DNA of 55,440 bases from Octopus sinensis. Lineage: Eukaryota. Under the pieces are notes generated by a model. It made no database searches. It saw only the letters and a program-made list of their open reading frames with translations, and was not told the DNA's origin. Below, in pieces: positions 53,890 to 55,440 of this stretch; the stretch's first letter is position 1; every line of letters begins with the position of its first letter. The stretch lies in the NCBI RefSeq assembly GCF_006345805.1, contig NW_021833758.1:1-55440 (forward strand). Direction: 5' to 3'. A program made the translations under genes and the position numbers.

Positions 53890-54270
53890 AGTAGTTTTAT
53901 TTTATAGCGTGCTTTCACTTCACTACCGAGCGCAGCTTGTGTGCCTTGGGTATGTGCTGTGATTTGTTGTGAGGCTCTGATGGTTATTGTATGGAAAGTG
54001 TTTTCTGCGTAGGATGTGTGCAGTGCCTAGTAGTGCAATTGTCTGTATGTTATATGTGTTGTTTGTAAGTCCTGGTGTTTTTGTTATGTATTTGTGAATG
54101 AATTTTTTATCATGCCTAATGCATCTACTATGATAGGAATTGTTTCTGTTTTCAGGTTCCACATTCTAGTTACTCTATTCCAGGTCTTTGTATTTGAGAG
54201 TTTCTCCATTTCTTTTAGAGACACGTTGTCATCTGCCGGTATTGATACATCAATAAGTAAGCATTTTTTT
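53890..54270 (-). mobile_element. R4/Dong-clade LINE 3' end with 3' UTR, inside (TAA)n
   Basis: Minus strand LLIDVSIPADDNVSLKEMEKL..YKDL, ETIPIIV.ALGMIK and IQTIALLGTAHILRR. (TAA)n on both sides. Confidence 0.85.
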
Positions 54271-54273
54271 TTC

Positions 54274-54274
<1 letters not shown>

Positions 54275-54340
<66 letters not shown>

Positions 54341-54381
54341 ACTACTACTACTACTACTACTACTACTATACTACTACTAAC

Positions 54382-54478
<97 letters not shown>

Positions 54479-54500
54479 GCTACTACTACTACTATTGTTG
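54275..54500. repeat. Compound (TTA)n(TAC)n(TAA)n array
   Basis: Direct reading. Confidence 0.97.
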
Positions 54501-55440
54501 CATTAATGTGGTATAGTCGTTAGATGACTACCCATAATGTGACAGACAACAAGTTCCCCGTGTCACAAATCTACATCGTGTGTCTGTGCCTCCTAATCTA
54601 AATGGCTGATGGAATAAAATACACCACAAGAGCGATAAAACGTTAATGAAGAAAACTGACATAAATAATTTTGAGACTGACACTGATAGGGATTCTATGA
54701 TTTATGATTTAGACTAAACACAAAATCCTTTGCTCTTTCTGTCCCGATTCCGTTCCTCTTCTTTTCCTTTTCCTATTCATTCATCTCGTTCACCGAATAA
54801 CTCGAACAAACGGTATTTTCAGTTTTGTAATTACCTGTAATTGGATAAACGCACCCAACTCAACATTCTTTTATTTTCTTATTCTTTTTTCTAGTTTCAG
54901 TTCGGTAGCTGCGGCCATGCTGGGCTACACTTTCATAACTTGAAACCTCCCATGACATGTAGTTTTTGGTGAATAAAGGAGTTTTAAGGAGTTTTAGCGT
55001 TCCCTATCGTGATACTGATTCCTCCGGAAAACTTAACGGGAGAAGATCTAGTTTTTCTTTAACGATACCTACATTCATAGCATGCTTGTCTCTCAGGCTT
55101 TTGGAGAAGATATCGAAGTGCTATGACCCCTTGTAACTCTGATCTTGTAACTTGATGGCGAAGTTGGGATCTTTGGTACACTGCATTAGAGCCCCGTTTT
55201 CCTGTTTGTGTAAATTTCAAAGCCAAAGCTTTGTAGAAGACTTCCCATGATTTTATACTGCATATCCTTCCCGCCTTCATTCTAGGGAGTAGAGTCTTAA
55301 ATTTTCAGCCTTTCCCAGTAGCTGACATGTCGCTAGTGAGAAAGGCTGGAAATTTATATGGATACAAATTATTGCTAATTCGATTATCAACAGCAAATTA
55401 GACTTATACATAATTCTGATGAGTTGAGTACATGGTACCA

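Noticed and set aside
55040-55290. Possible RTE-type reverse transcriptase remnant on the minus strand
   Set aside because: Only vague similarity (IALRYLLQK) with no diagnostic motif.

Overview
This window is AT-rich, repeat-dominated eukaryotic DNA, probably intronic or intergenic. Extreme (TA)n/(CA)n/(GATA)n/(TATG)n/(TAN)n density and tRNA-derived SINEs suggest Octopus or another coleoid cephalopod; this is inferred from repeat content and was not checked against a database. No confident host gene is visible, and almost all supplied ORFs are translations of microsatellites or SINE antisense strands. Supported content: (1) about 20 copies of three tRNA-derived SINE families (called A, B and C here), several with intact target-site duplications (TSDs); (2) five 5'-truncated R4/Dong-type non-LTR retrotransposon fragments with a restriction-like endonuclease (RLE), all on the minus strand and all bounded by (TAA)n; (3) Penelope-like element (PLE) remnants, namely a GIY-YIG fragment and 4-5 minimal type-I hammerhead ribozyme motifs in at least three terminal-repeat families; (4) a mariner-derived fold-back element, two other long fold-backs, a 100-bp spacerless palindrome and a 6-bp-TSD MITE. 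One weak candidate for a host secreted-protein exon lies at about 25.5 kb. All alignments and folds were done by eye, and boundaries without TSDs are approximate.
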